This document shows, one piece after another, positions 12,201-24,332 of a stretch of 64,000 bases of DNA (position 1 is the first letter of the stretch; every line of letters starts with the position of its first letter). The DNA comes from Sphaerodactylus townsendi (lineage: Eukaryota): the NCBI RefSeq assembly GCF_021028975.2, contig NC_059427.1, positions 110,050,001-110,114,000 of the forward strand, read 5' to 3'. The translations under genes and the position numbers were made by a program. The notes beneath the pieces are model-generated. The model was not told where the DNA came from. It worked only from the letters and a program-made list of their open reading frames with translations, and ran no database searches.

Positions 12201-13499
12201 TAAGTATATAAATATACACCATTAACAACCCAAGTGAATGAAATAACCTTGCAGCACTTCCTAAATAAATAACTTGTATCCCATCCCCGCCCCTCACCTC
12301 CTCAGAAAACCTGTTCCAAAGGAGCTACGATGGGAAAGGCATGAGCTCTAGTTGGAGCCAAGCAGGCTACCCTGAACAGGAAACAATTAGCAAGTTTCAG
12401 CCTGAAGACCACATCAGGGGTTAGCTTTCCACCATCATGTTTAATGACTAAAATAAATGAAATGGAGTGACTATATACCTATGATTCTAATATGAATATA
12501 ATAAGTGCCTGGATGCTGTCTCATTTTATTTTCTCACCAGGGTGGCTATTGGATGAATTCTCCATCATTTGCCTGGTGAGTCCTAAGTTTTCCTCGTTCT
12601 AATTTATTGTTGTTGACCTATTCTGCTGAAGCTGGATGCGCAAGAGATTACCCATAAAATATGTTACACTTACTAATGACTTTTGGAACATTTCCCTATC
12701 ATGTCCTATTTTAAATATGACTCGATCCTTTCTTTGTTTCAGCTTTGCTATTTCTTCCCAACTCTTTTATGTGTAGCCATGCCATATTTATGGATGGTGC
12801 CAGATGCTGAAGAACACTATGCAGTAGCTTGTGGGAGGTTGCCACCAACTCCCGTGCACAATTTATCCCAGGCACCCCAGCCCTTCCTTTTCTGCAGGCT
12901 GCAGCCCATATTAATACATTTCCGGGCTCTTTCTAATAGGGTAGCCATGCTGGCAGAGGCTGATGGGAATTGTAGTCCATGAACAACTGGAGAGCCACAG
13001 GTTGCAGACCTGTGAATATAGAGGAATACCCAAAATCCATTAAATATGCTGGTGTTGTCTTTTGAGAATGTTCTTATAACTCCTTCAAAATGGTGATAAA
13101 AATTAACGAGAGAGAGCTCATCTTTATTCAAGAAAGCTGAGAAATACAATTATCCAAGGCTATTACAAAATAAGACAGACAGATGTATCTGCTTCATGTT
13201 GAAGTAGCTGTGCGTCAGCTGGTGAATGGAATGAGAAGGTTATGTACTTGAAAGAAAATAGATCTCCTGAGACTGCTTTGTTGCTGGAGAAGACTAATCT
13301 CAACCTTGCCACCTCAGGGATCTTTGGACAAAAGCAGGGCTGCATTCACTGGCAGATAAGGACACTAGTGCAATAATTCCTCGGGTATTGCAGGGAACTA
13401 GACTCTGGCCACACAACTGGCCACTATTATTGATTTTCAAATTACTTTGCAGACAAAATGGCCTAGATCCTTGTGTGTTAGATGTTCTCATGGACACAT

Positions 13500-13930
13500 G
13501 TTTAGATCATGTGCCTTTGGCACCTGCTTCTCCAACTTATATAGACACCTTCCAGCTTGTGACACCTGAGAATGAGGGCAGGATTCTTGGGAAAGTTTGG
13601 CCTACCCATGTCCTTGACCCTTGCCCTTCCTGGTTGATAAAACCTGCCAGAGTTGGGCTGCTTGCATTTGGGCTGGCTGAGTAAGGGGTAAATGCTGAGT
13701 AAATGCTTCTTTGAGGGTGAGAATTGTGCTGCCCACACTTAAGGAATCAGTGATTAGACATGCTCTGAAAAAACCCCTCTAATCCCTACTATGTTGGAAA
13801 ACTTCAGGCCAATCTCCAATATTCCACCCTTGGGCAAGGTGGCAGAGTGGGTGACTGCTTCTTGGTTCCATGAGCTCTTGGTTTTCTGGAATCATTTCAA
13901 TCTGGCCTTTAGTTGGGATTTGGAACATGT
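13500..13930 (+). mobile_element. Decayed L2-type LINE ORF2 fragment
   Basis: LDPCPSWLIK and NFRPISNIPPLGKVAE-like RT-proximal motifs, broken by stops and frameshifts. Confidence 0.7.
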
Positions 13931-15378
13931 TGGGGGAAGTGACAGAAGGTAGCTCTGAGAATCACTGGAAATATAGAGTTTCCAAAGATTCCTAGAGTAT
14001 ACACTGTCACTTCTGGGTTGTCCACAAAAGTAACGTTATCACTATAGATATATGTAGAGTATGTAGAGTAACAAATATGTAGAGTAACAAATTACTTTTG
14101 TTATCATGGAAAACCACATTTCTACCTCATGATCTGTAGCTTCACTAGGACTGTCATATAACAGAAGTATTAACATGCAGTTTTCAAAACTTAATAGAAA
14201 TGTTGTCTTCCACTTTGAATTATGCAATGTATAATATGACCTGTTTTGCAGCAACTGCTGTACCAGGAAACAAAACATTGTGAAGGGACCAAACTCCTTA
14301 TAATTGCAGCTCTTACTAGCAACATCAGCCAATCAGAATTACAATTTTCTTCAGTTCAAGGGAACTTTACTGACAGAGAAGCATTGCTTGTATCAAATGC
14401 AAGCAGCTTCTTCACAACTTCTTGTGTCTATCACATTCGTCCATCTCTGAGATCTACTGTATGCATTACACCAAATGAGGTGGTATGCTTCAGAGGCTAG
14501 GTATGCATTAAGTGCATTTCTGATCCTGTGTATAGTCATTACTTCCACAAAACACTTGAGCAAACTCTAAACTTTCTTGGAGGTTTATTCAAACAGCAGC
14601 TGTGAAATTGAACAGTATTTCTACACCGGATGAAGTAGAACTATAACAATTTGCCAGTGAATTTTATGCAATTAACATACACTCACAAAGCATATAAGAG
14701 CTGACTAAGAGAAAAGGGAGGAAGCTGGATAGGGTTTCAGGGATGGGTGATACTAGTCTTGAAGGAATGTACAGGGAAAGCAGTGCTGAAGAGGAAAATG
14801 ACCAGTGTTTTCAGGAGCAAAGAAAAGAGCCCACACACAAGTGGGAGTGTGTGCATGGATCCAGAACACACACACAAACTATAAATGGCCGAAAGACCAA
14901 TATTTATGTCTCAAAATGGGTCCTGAGGCAGTATGAGGTAAACTGGCAGAAAAGCCAGAGACAAAAAAAATGATTGTTTTTCCAGAGGTTGAACAAAAAG
15001 ATAGGAGAGATTTGAAAAATCATCAGAATCCAAGAGAATGCCTGGACTATTCTCCTGCATACTGATTGATTGCTGGGATGGGAGAATGGTCTGCTACTAA
15101 TTAACTCACCAAAGAGCATCCAGCTGTCTTCAGCTAAAGCCATTGCATTCTCGGCCCTGGACCTGGCCTGGTGGAATTCTCTGTCAAATGAGACCAGGTC
15201 TTGAGGGACATCTTAGTTCCACAGAGCCTGCAAGAAAGAGTTGTTCTGCCAGGCCTACAGTTCAGGGAAGCAATGGGCATATTTCATTCTTAGCTGGCCT
15301 CCCTTTCTTCCGCTTCTTTTGTTTAGTTATTCTGAATTTGTTTTAGGATGTAGTGTTGGGAACTTTGGCATATTATTA

Positions 15379-16287
15379 CCGTATATACTAGCGTATAAGT
15401 CGACCCGCATATAAGTCGAGGCACCTAATTTTACCACAAAAAACTTGGAAAACTTATTGACTCGCGTATAAGTCGAGGGTGGGAAATGCAGCAGCTGCTG
15501 GTAAATTTCAAAAATAAAAATAGATGCCAATAAAATTACATCAATTGAGGCATCAGTCGGTTAAATGTTTTTGAATATTTATTTCAAAGAAAAACAGTAA
15601 ACTGGCTCTGTAAGTGGAAAAGAGGGTCAACAAGAACAATATGGTATCAACAATAACTTTAAAAGTACAAAAACCTTAGCTCAACCAGCAACCAAGCTAA
15701 AACACAAGAGTTAAAATCCTCCAAAACTGGATTCCTCATCATCATCTGTATGCCCAAATGTAACCCAACTTAGATTTTAAGAGGGATATTATCAGAAATG
15801 GAAAATCTACTATTAGCTTCCATTGTAAACAATGGGGGATGGGGCATCCCCTTTGGGGGTCAATAACTTTGGATCTCCTGACCCAAACTTCACCAAACCT
15901 GGCTGGTATCATAAAGAGACTCTCCTGATGAGACCAGCCAGGTTTGGTGAAGTTTGGTTCAGAGGGTCCAAAGTTATGGGCCCTCAAAAGGGTAGCCCCG
16001 TCTACTAATAGCTCCCATTGAAAACAATGGGGAATGGGGGCACCTCATTTGGGGGTCCATAACTTTGGACCCCCTGAACCAAACATTACCAAACTTGGCT
16101 GGTATCATCAGGAGTGTTTTCTGAGGGTACCCTGAAATTTTGGTGCTGCTAGCATAAAAACTGTGCCCCCTGCTGGCCGGCAAAGTAAAAACACAAAAAT
16201 ATTTAATGACCCGCATATAAGTCGAGGGGAGCTTTTTCAGCATTAAAAATGTGCTGAAAAATTCGACTTATACATGAATATATACGG
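15379..16287. mobile_element. Tc2/pogo-type (Tc1-mariner superfamily) non-autonomous element
   Basis: TA|CCGTATATAC...GAATATATACGG|TA termini with TA TSD; repeated CGTATAAGTCGA subterminal motifs. Confidence 0.85.
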
Positions 16288-16293
16288 TATTTA

Positions 16294-17300
16294 CTAGCGG
16301 GGCCCGGCCACACGTTGCTGTGGCAATTTTCCTTCTCATCACAGTCCGCAACCCATACAGATGTCCATGCAGGTCCAATGATCCGCAGCATAGCCTTTTG
16401 AGGTGGTCAAATGGAATCCCTCTTTCCCTTTTCAATTCACATTGACATATGGTGGTGTCTTGTTTTTTTAGAATAATGTAACCCTTTCCATTCCACAATG
16501 GAACTGTTCAGAGTGTGAATCCCGCTGTCCATGAGGCTGGTTGACATGCATAGTCCTGGCTTGGGTAAGGCAGAACTGGGGCAAGGAGGCTATCCCAGTC
16601 AGGCAGCAGAGGCAGGGTGGCGAGGCGCTCAGATCGAGGCCAGCTCTCTGGGTTCTTAAAGGGCCATGTACAAAAGAAGCGGAGCCGGTTCACCCCCCAC
16701 CCCGTGGATTTTCTTAGAAGAAAAAGGCAAACTCCAGCTAGCTTTTAGTAAAAGAGAGCTGTGGTGAATATGGGTAAGGAAGTGAGTAAGTGGTGGTTGG
16801 ATGTGAGGGAGGGCAGAGTGAGGTGTGTGAGGATGAGCTGGATGTGTATGAGGCACAGAGAGTGAAAGTTACCTGCAGTGGGTGAGGCACAGAGAGTGAA
16901 AGTTACCTGCGTGTGAGGGGGGGAACCCCACCTGACGTCTCACACGGCAAAGTGTGTATGTGTTTTCACTTCCACTCGTATTACCTAACAGTATTACCTA
17001 TTTACTGTTTTCACTGCTCATCTCTGCCCATCTGCACAAACATTCTAAGCCCTCATCCCAAGCCCTCAGGCCACAGACAGACAGGCTGCACGAACATTCT
17101 AAGGGTGACAGTTAAACACAGACAGCTTCATGGCCTGGTGCGCCAGGAAAAAGACGTTTTACCTGGCTCAGGTATGGACTTTTGGCGATTTGAAGGTCTG
17201 ATTACCTGCCCAGAACAGGGAGGAACATCATGTGAAAATTTGAGGGCTGTTTCTGTGTTAGGGCGTGACTAACAAAGTCACTGTTAGCTTTTTATATAGA
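16294..17300 (-). mobile_element. Non-autonomous Helitron, same family as 11644-12200
   Basis: Reverse-strand TC start at 17300 and CTAG end at 16294; shared blocks (taagggtgacagtt, cgccaggaaaaag, tactgttttcactgctcat). Confidence 0.8.
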
Positions 17301-18289
17301 TAGATTATTTTATGTATTATTATTTTATTGTTTTTATACTGTTGTAAGCCACTCTGAATGTGATGCAGTAGAGGAAAGCAGAATAAAAATCAATCAAACA
17401 AACAAATAAATATTCTTAATTTGGATAAGGAATGTATTATTTGGCTGTGCTTTGAATCTGTATTTGCTCAGGATAAAGCACCCCCCTTTACACACACAAT
17501 TTTAATAAATCCCTCAGTAAATTCAATATTCATTTTAAAATCTTTAAATCACATCTCTGTCATCCTTTTCCTGCTGACATTTGCTGCTTATAGTCCCCTG
17601 TTAAGGTAAAAGAACCCAGTTGTTTACTCCCTGAACAAACATGCAAGTAGTTTGCATGCTAGTCTGCCCTTTCCTCGTCCCCACAACCAACTCCTTCCAA
17701 GGCACCAGCCAACCCTCCCCTGGGGCCAGTTCACCTAGCCACTTGCTCCAGTGAGCCCAACCCTTTCCAGATGCCTTGGCTTTGGGCTGGAGAGAGGAAG
17801 GGGGGTTCCAGCCCTCCTGCCCAACACAGCTCCACTCTTTCAAGGCAAGGCCCCAGCTCCTTACTCATCCAATTTCCTCATATAGCTGATACTCATCATG
17901 AATGGCATGGCTGTGGCAGGCAGGAAGGCAGAAAGTGATGGTACCCCCCTTCAAGTGGTGATCATACCTGCCATACCTTAGATACACCACTGGATGTGCA
18001 TTAAGTGCACTTCTGATTACTTCAAAATCTCTGTGCAAACTTATCCTGTGTACAGCCATTACCCTTTCATGAAATATCTGTGCAAACTCTAAACTTCCTT
18101 TGAGGTTTATTCATATGGCAGCTGGAAAATTGAACACTCTTTCTACACTGGGTAAAATAAAACTATAACCATTTTCTGAGGAGCTCAAACTAATGAAGGT
18201 ACCTTATCAAGGCAATATATATTGCACTAAGGCCAATCTAGCTTAAGTCTATTTACCTGACAGACAGAAGACGGAATAGGTGTGGTTTT

Positions 18290-18630
18290 TTGCACTGAAG
18301 AATAAAAGACTCATGGTTCACAAATTTGCATAAATAAATAGGATTCAAAGTTTTATAGCAGATCATACGACTGATAATTTCCTGTGAAAATCTGAATTAT
18401 TCTGATTTATGTGACTATCTGCTGATGTAAAGCCAGTGGACCTATGCAAACAAGGGCATTGGACAGTGGTTATGCCTCCTATTCTTGCTCTGAAACAAAT
18501 ATTGATTTAAAAATAAGTTCTAGATAGGCACAAGGTGTAGATGTATGTGTGTGCACAAGGTGTGGTGGTTACAATTAACTAAAAGAGTGACCAATCAGAT
18601 GAGAGATTTGAAACTCAGCTATATTTAAAG
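18290..18630 (+). promoter_or_regulatory. RETN-A proximal promoter: TATA-like TATATTTAAA (18620-18629), TTCCTGTGAA STAT6-type site (18379-18388), GATA motif (18372-18377), octamer/C-EBP-like ATTTGCATAA (18324-18333)
   Basis: Aligns by eye with the RETN-B promoter (34141-34450, minus strand), including aact(c/t)agct(a/g)tatttaaagggg. Confidence 0.7.
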
Positions 18631-18649
18631 GGGGCAGCACACTCAGTTT

Positions 18650-18678
18650 CTTGCAAGAAGTTCCCAATTCTAGAGATG
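18650..18678 (+). other. RETN: RETN-A exon 1 (5' UTR; ends in an ATG in frame with exon 2); start approximate
   Basis: Donor ATG|GTGAGT at 18679, ~50 bp after the TATA box; positionally homologous to the RETN-B exon 1 donor. Confidence 0.7.
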
Positions 18679-18829
18679 GTGAGTACTATGTGCTTGTTTG
18701 ACAACGTGATGTAGGACATAAAAATGGATAGCTTCTTCTACAAGTAGATTTCAAGAAAGGCTGTCAGCTCAATCTTATCAAACTCAATTAAAAAAACAAT
18801 TTTTTAAATTTAGTGATATTTTGCCTTTC

Positions 18830-19010
18830 TTCCCAATGGGAAGAAAGTTCTCCTTTTCTCCGTTTTATCATCACAGCAACCTTGCGAGGTAGGTTAGACT
18901 GAGTGTCACCTAGTGTCACTGGTCCAAGGTCACCCAGTGAGTTTTCATAGTGGAGTGCAGATTAGAACTTGGGTTTCTCAGATCCTAGTCCAGCACCTTA
19001 ACCACTGGCT
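18830..19010 (-). mobile_element. Degenerate Squam3-like SINE
   Basis: tcacagcaaccttgcgaggtaggttag...caaggtcacccagtgag...ttaaccac, the reverse complement of the SINE at 52229. Confidence 0.65.
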
Positions 19011-19340
19011 CTGATTCTAATGGACTAAATTGATTATTTACCAGTTTATTATTACAGTAGCCCAACAGAGGTAATGCTTCAGACCATTCAGTAAAGTATC
19101 TGAAGCAGTTTTTCTTAACCCAATTGCAGATTCAAATTATATCTGACTAGGAAAACTTAAATTCTTCCTCTGTAGCTAGAGATGTATATAGACTAGAGGT
19201 GACAAGATCTGGGATCTTCTCCGTGCCAACCAGGTACTCTCTCTCAGTCATGGGCCTGTCCAAGTAGCAAAGTGGTAATGGAATTCAACAGACTGTATAT
19301 ATAAGAAGGATCTCCCTTTATTCTTGTTTATGCCCTATTA

Positions 19341-20949
19341 CTGTGATGGCGAACCTATGGCACGGGTGCCCAAGGCAGCACTCAGAGCCCTCTCTGTGGG
19401 CAAGCATGCCGTCATCTCCCCCTCCCCCTTCCTCCCTCATCCAGCCAGAGGTGGCTGCCAGCAGACGCGTTGGGAGTCATACTGCACAGGCTGACTGTGC
19501 ACAAGGCGCTCTGCCAGCTGGAGCTGAGCTTCAGGGAGGTCCTCTTGAATCAACCTGATTTGCTGTAAGTACCATCTACTGCCCCACGAGTACCTCCTCT
19601 CCCCCAAAAGGCTTGGGAAACTGGAGGCTGGCACACTTTTCTTGGCATGTAACTTTTGGGACCAAACTAAAACATTGGGGGTAGGGTTAAAAAGCGGCAG
19701 CCCGGGTGAGGGGCTCCCATTGGGAGGAGTGCATCTGCCAAGAGCAGAGGCGAGGGAGCACACCAGTGGTGAGGATTCGGTGCGGCTCGTCCTGCATTGG
19801 GATGAAATCCATTTGTTAAGGGCCTCCTTCCCCTGGGAGAGAGGAGCATGATGGGGAACTTTCAAGTGCCTGGGGGCCCAGGTCAGGGAGGAGAGATCTG
19901 TAAAGGTTCCTAGAGCTCGTGACGTGCCCAATCCCGTTACCTTCACAGGATCAGAAGCAAAGAAATTACCAAAGGACAGGAGGCATTTCACACGCAAAAA
20001 AGAATTGAGCTTAAATCTACGCCCCTAAATCCAACTGGCAGGAAAAGGGAGAGGAGGCATCCCTTACTGCTCGTGGAGTAGCCCTTCTTCCCCACTCCCT
20101 TGTCCAGGAATTAGAGGCCATTCCTGACAGAAGCAAATGTGGGACAGAAGAGGTCCATTCTCAAAAAATATTCTCCATGCTTTATTGCTTTCTCCCTCCT
20201 GCTGCATTTCTTGTGGGAAGTCAAAGTGCTGTGATGACATGTGAAGGAAAAACACTGTAAATCAGATGGCTTGCTCCACCAATTTAGCTTTCCCCTGAAG
20301 TTATCCTGCACCCCTTGCACAGCATTCTTTGCTTAGGATGGTGTCTTGTTGACGCTGCCTTTTTACTTCCTATCTTTGTGGTGGGGGGGGTTGTTGGGTT
20401 TACTGGGAAAGCAAAAGTTTTACTTCCCTCTCCCCTACTATCCCTCCCCCTTCCCCTCGGCCAGGCCCCCCAGTGTGATAATAGTGCAATTGTTCAGGGG
20501 TTTTGCGTTAGCATTAAAACCCTAAGACCCTAGCTCTTCCTTCCTGGGGAAGCAGTCTGCGGTAAGTGACCCTGTTAAGCAGCTTCGTTAAACCCTACTA
20601 GATTTACTTACGGGAAAAGAACTAAAGCGTGATCCTTTACCTGGGAGTAAGCTTGGTTGCTTGCAATGGGACTTTAGCTTTTGAGTTAACCCTCCTAGGG
20701 ATTACCGTGATTCACCCATTCAAAGTGTAAATGCACGGTTTGGACCGTTACAAAGCAAAAGCTCAACCTGGAAACCCCTCACCACCGTTTACTCTCCCCT
20801 TGAAAGTAACGCGCACCTTGGAGCCAAACTTTTTTTTAAACTAAAGCCTCAGTATTCAGGCTAAATTGCCGTGTTGGCACTTTGTGATAAATAAGTGAGT
20901 TTTGGGTTGCAGCTTGGGCACTCAGTCTCGAAAAGGTTCGCCATCACTG
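19341..20949. mobile_element. 1.6-kb non-autonomous hAT element (CAGTGATGGCGAACC-type TIR) in RETN-A intron 1
   Basis: Termini CTGTGATGGCGAACC / GGTTCGCCATCACTG; perfect 8-bp TSD CCCTATTA at 19333-19340 and 20950-20957. Confidence 0.9.
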
Positions 20950-21340
20950 CCCTATTAGAACAAACCATTTAGTTTAAATGCTGGTTGCAGTCAGCTGCTA
21001 GCCTCCCCAGCAAAAAAAAAAAAGTGTTTTAAGGGTAATGTTCAGAGTGACAACTAAACCATAACATAATTTCTTAGATGTTAGCATGAGAGGTTTTATT
21101 GTGATCAGGAATGAGTGAGATTAGTTTATAAATATTTACAGACTTTTAACTTTTTAAAAATTAGGTATGGTTCAAACGTAATTATTCCCCCCACCCCTAT
21201 TTTTATGGTAACTGTATCTAGTTTCACAGTTTCCCTGCATCAACAATACTGTTGCTGTTTTTTCTTTTCCCCTTTGTTTTCCTTTTGGCTTCAAACATGA
21301 GCTAGTTGATGCTCAGAGTTTGCCAAACTAAATCATGTTC

Positions 21341-22081
21341 TTTCAGGGGGATGACTGCAAAGCTATTATGTCATGATCAGAGAAGCTGCAATACGTGCAT
21401 ATTTGTGCAGTTGTAACCGTGGAAAACCTTCACCAAATGTGAATGTATGTGAATTTAGGAGTTCTGGTCACTTTCCTCTGCTTCTAGATTTTACTGCCCT
21501 GACATATCACAGTATGTGATGACAGTGATTATTCCTCTACAGGATTCTCTGCACAAAATGATGAAGGTTACCATATTCCTGCTGGTTGCTATGCTGATCT
21601 TCAGCCAGTACACACGTGCTCAGTCATGTGCTGTTGATAATGCAATTGACCAGAAGATTGCGACATCTGTTGCCGCCAAAGGTATTTTGACTGTGTGGAC
21701 CCTTAATGTTGCTTTAAATGCTGAGTTTTGCTGGTTCTTTCTGCACAGCAGAAATAAAACATCCTGCAGACATTTTTAAAAGATCAGTTTTGGCTTTTTG
21801 TGTTCTTACACTGTGGAGAACACAAGTATTGCCAACCAAAATGGTTCCTTTCCCCCCATCTGCTGGCTGACGGAGTTCTGGTCAATTTCAGAGTTGTGCC
21901 TGTCATTTTGTGTGCTGCTGCAGAGATTCTCCTGCGTCTGCCATTTGATGAAGTTTTCCATGGCAACAAATGTATGGCCATTGATTTGGTGAAGGTTTTC
22001 CACGGTTACAACTGCACAAATATGCACGTATTGCAGCTTCTCTGATCGTGACATAATAGCTTTGCAGTCATCCCCCTGAAA
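21341..22081. repeat. 98-bp inverted repeat (arms 21341-21438 and 21984-22081) flanking RETN-A exon 2
   Basis: Arms are reverse complements with one mismatch seen (gtcaTgatc vs gtcaCgatc). Confidence 0.95.
21558..21681 (+). CDS. RETN: Resistin-like gene A, exon 2 (signal peptide + N-terminal Cys/helix); exon starts 21543
   Basis: Acceptor cctctacAG|GAT at 21542. Reads MMKVTIFLLVAMLIFSQYTRA-QSCAVDNAIDQKIATSVAAK. Phase-1 donor AAA G|GTATTT. Confidence 0.93.
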
Positions 22082-22520
22082 ACAAAAACAAAAAAAGGAA
22101 AAACAACATGTAAGTGGGATCGCTAGGCAAAACAGACTTTATTCATCTACTTTTTACATGGAAATCACATGCAGATAAGCTGCAAAAAGAGGAAACTTCT
22201 GTGGGGAACCTTCAGAGAATCTCTACTGCAGCACACAAAATGGCGGGTGTGAATGATGAAAATGAAAGAGGTTTAGGGGGAAGAAATAAAGCATTTCCTG
22301 CCTGTTTTTGTTCATTCAGCAGGCCAGAAACATCTTCAGTCCAGGTTGGGGGGGAGGCGGGGAAGATTACTAATTTAGTGATTTTTGAAAATACTCAGGT
22401 TGAGATAAATAAAATGTTTTGAAGATATTTTGGGGGAGGGAGCTGTGCAAACTTCTTTCCCAAAATGCTTTTTAAAACGTCCTAAAGATGTTTTATTTCT
22501 GCTGTGTGGAAATCACCATT
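21731..22520. mobile_element. Degenerate palindromic MITE (possibly PIF/Harbinger-derived) in RETN-A intron 2
   Basis: cacagcagaaataaaacatc at ~21744 is mirrored by gatgttttatttctgctgtgtg at ~22487; internal cattttgtgtgctgc / gcagcacacaaaatgg symmetry. Confidence 0.65.
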
Positions 22521-24332
22521 GCCCCTCTACAATTCTTGATTTCTCCTTCAATGAATTGTCTGATTCTTACAAAAACTAATAGTTCTTGCTTAGAAGATCA
22601 GAAAGTCAAGCACTGTTACCTGTTGCTTTTCTGAATTTTCACATACTGGCAGTTTCTCTGGATGACTACTGCACAAGGGTGCCCAAGCCACCATCATTCT
22701 GTGCAAGCTGCAAGGAACTGACACTCATCCTCCTCCCCTTCCCCCTGTACCATGAAAGAAGGAAGAGGAAGGTGATCTGCGAAGGAACCTCCCAAGGCTG
22801 CTGCTTGCCAACCACATCCCAATGTCCAAATTGATGGAACTGTGGTACAGCTCATTGACAACCCTCCATCTCTAGTGTTTTAGACCTAGGACCTAGTGAA
22901 TGCATTAGCTTTGAACTGTAGCCTAACCTGATTAAGATGGTGGGGGCTACTGCACTTGCTACTGGACCACTGTCTTTTTAAGCAGAGAGCAATAGCCACC
23001 TCATCTTCTTCCTCACAGGAAGCATGGTTGAGGTGCGACTGCAATGGCTACTGCTGCTGCTTCCTCTTCTTTTTGTAAGGAGGAGTCAGTGGAGTAGTGA
23101 AATGTTCATGCAGAGTGTGCCTTATAAATGGAAAGATGGTTATTCAAAAATTAGACTGCCCATCTGAGGAGTTTTCCAGCTTCTTTTATTGAGCTTTAAC
23201 TCAATTTTGTCTGCCACTTAAGATCTCTCCATTATTCATTCACTGTTTGTTATTATATGAAGGAAAATGTATATAATATATGAAGAGCAAAAATGTATAT
23301 AATATATGAAGAGCAATTTGTACTTTTGCCCGCTCTTCAAAAATGTAGATCCAGCCCTGAGAAGGAGCTGCTACCTCATAGCCTCATCACCCACCATGAT
23401 GGCCTCACATAATTACAAAACAGTACAGGCCAATCATATGACCTGAAATCCATGGTTGCTTTAACTTACAATCTGTGTTTGCTCTTACACCCTCTGTAGC
23501 TCATTTTCAAAAAACTCTGCTATTATGACCAATCCTAGTTCATTCTTATGTTTGCTGAAATAAATTTCAGGTTAGATCCATCCTGAATTGAGAAACCCAT
23601 CATAATAGCCAATAACCTTACTTGACAATATTGAACTCTAATTTCTCATTAACAAGAGTCCAGAAACTGGCATCCTCAACTGCGACTTCTTCCACTTTCT
23701 GTGGGTTTAAAAAGCACTTTTAAGCACTCAAGACATCTCCCTGCAAGATTGTCAGACACATTCCTCAGTGTACTTAATCCTTTTTAGAGAGCATAGTAGA
23801 AAGCTCCTTAAAGAGCAGTACCCACTGTACATTTTTAACCTGCTGTAAAAATGAATATTTTAATAGTGACACTGAAAATTAATATACCATCCTAAGTACC
23901 ATTCTGTGTTCCTTGCTTGGGAGGAAACTGTTGGCATTTGGTTGACTATGGATCAGCCCAGTCCTGTGTGTGAGTGTAGTAAAGAGCTCTCCCAAACAGA
24001 TATCTGCAAAAAGGAAAACTGACATTTATTTCAAGTAACTGTGAATCACAAACATTGTTCCTGGTGAAATATAGACAGAAACCTTATATGCATGCACACA
24101 AAAGCTTATACCAAGATAAACTTCGTTGGTCTTAAAGGTGTCACTAAAATCAAACTTTTTTTCTGCTGCTTCAGGCCAACACGGCTACCCACCTGAATCC
24201 AACAGGAAGTCGTTAATGAAGCAGAGAATTGGAAGCTATTTCAAAATAGGAGCAGGAAAAGTTTAAGGGGACTGTGGGGGAAGAAGGTTTTCATTAATAT
24301 TTTTCTCCTTTGCTGCAAAGTGTCCTCATTAA

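Noticed and set aside
19437-19997. 186-aa minus-strand ORF
   Set aside because: Inside the non-autonomous hAT element; no transposase motifs
22586-22834. Cys-rich ORF considered as a third resistin fragment
   Set aside because: Cys spacing does not fit the resistin signature; no matching splice sites
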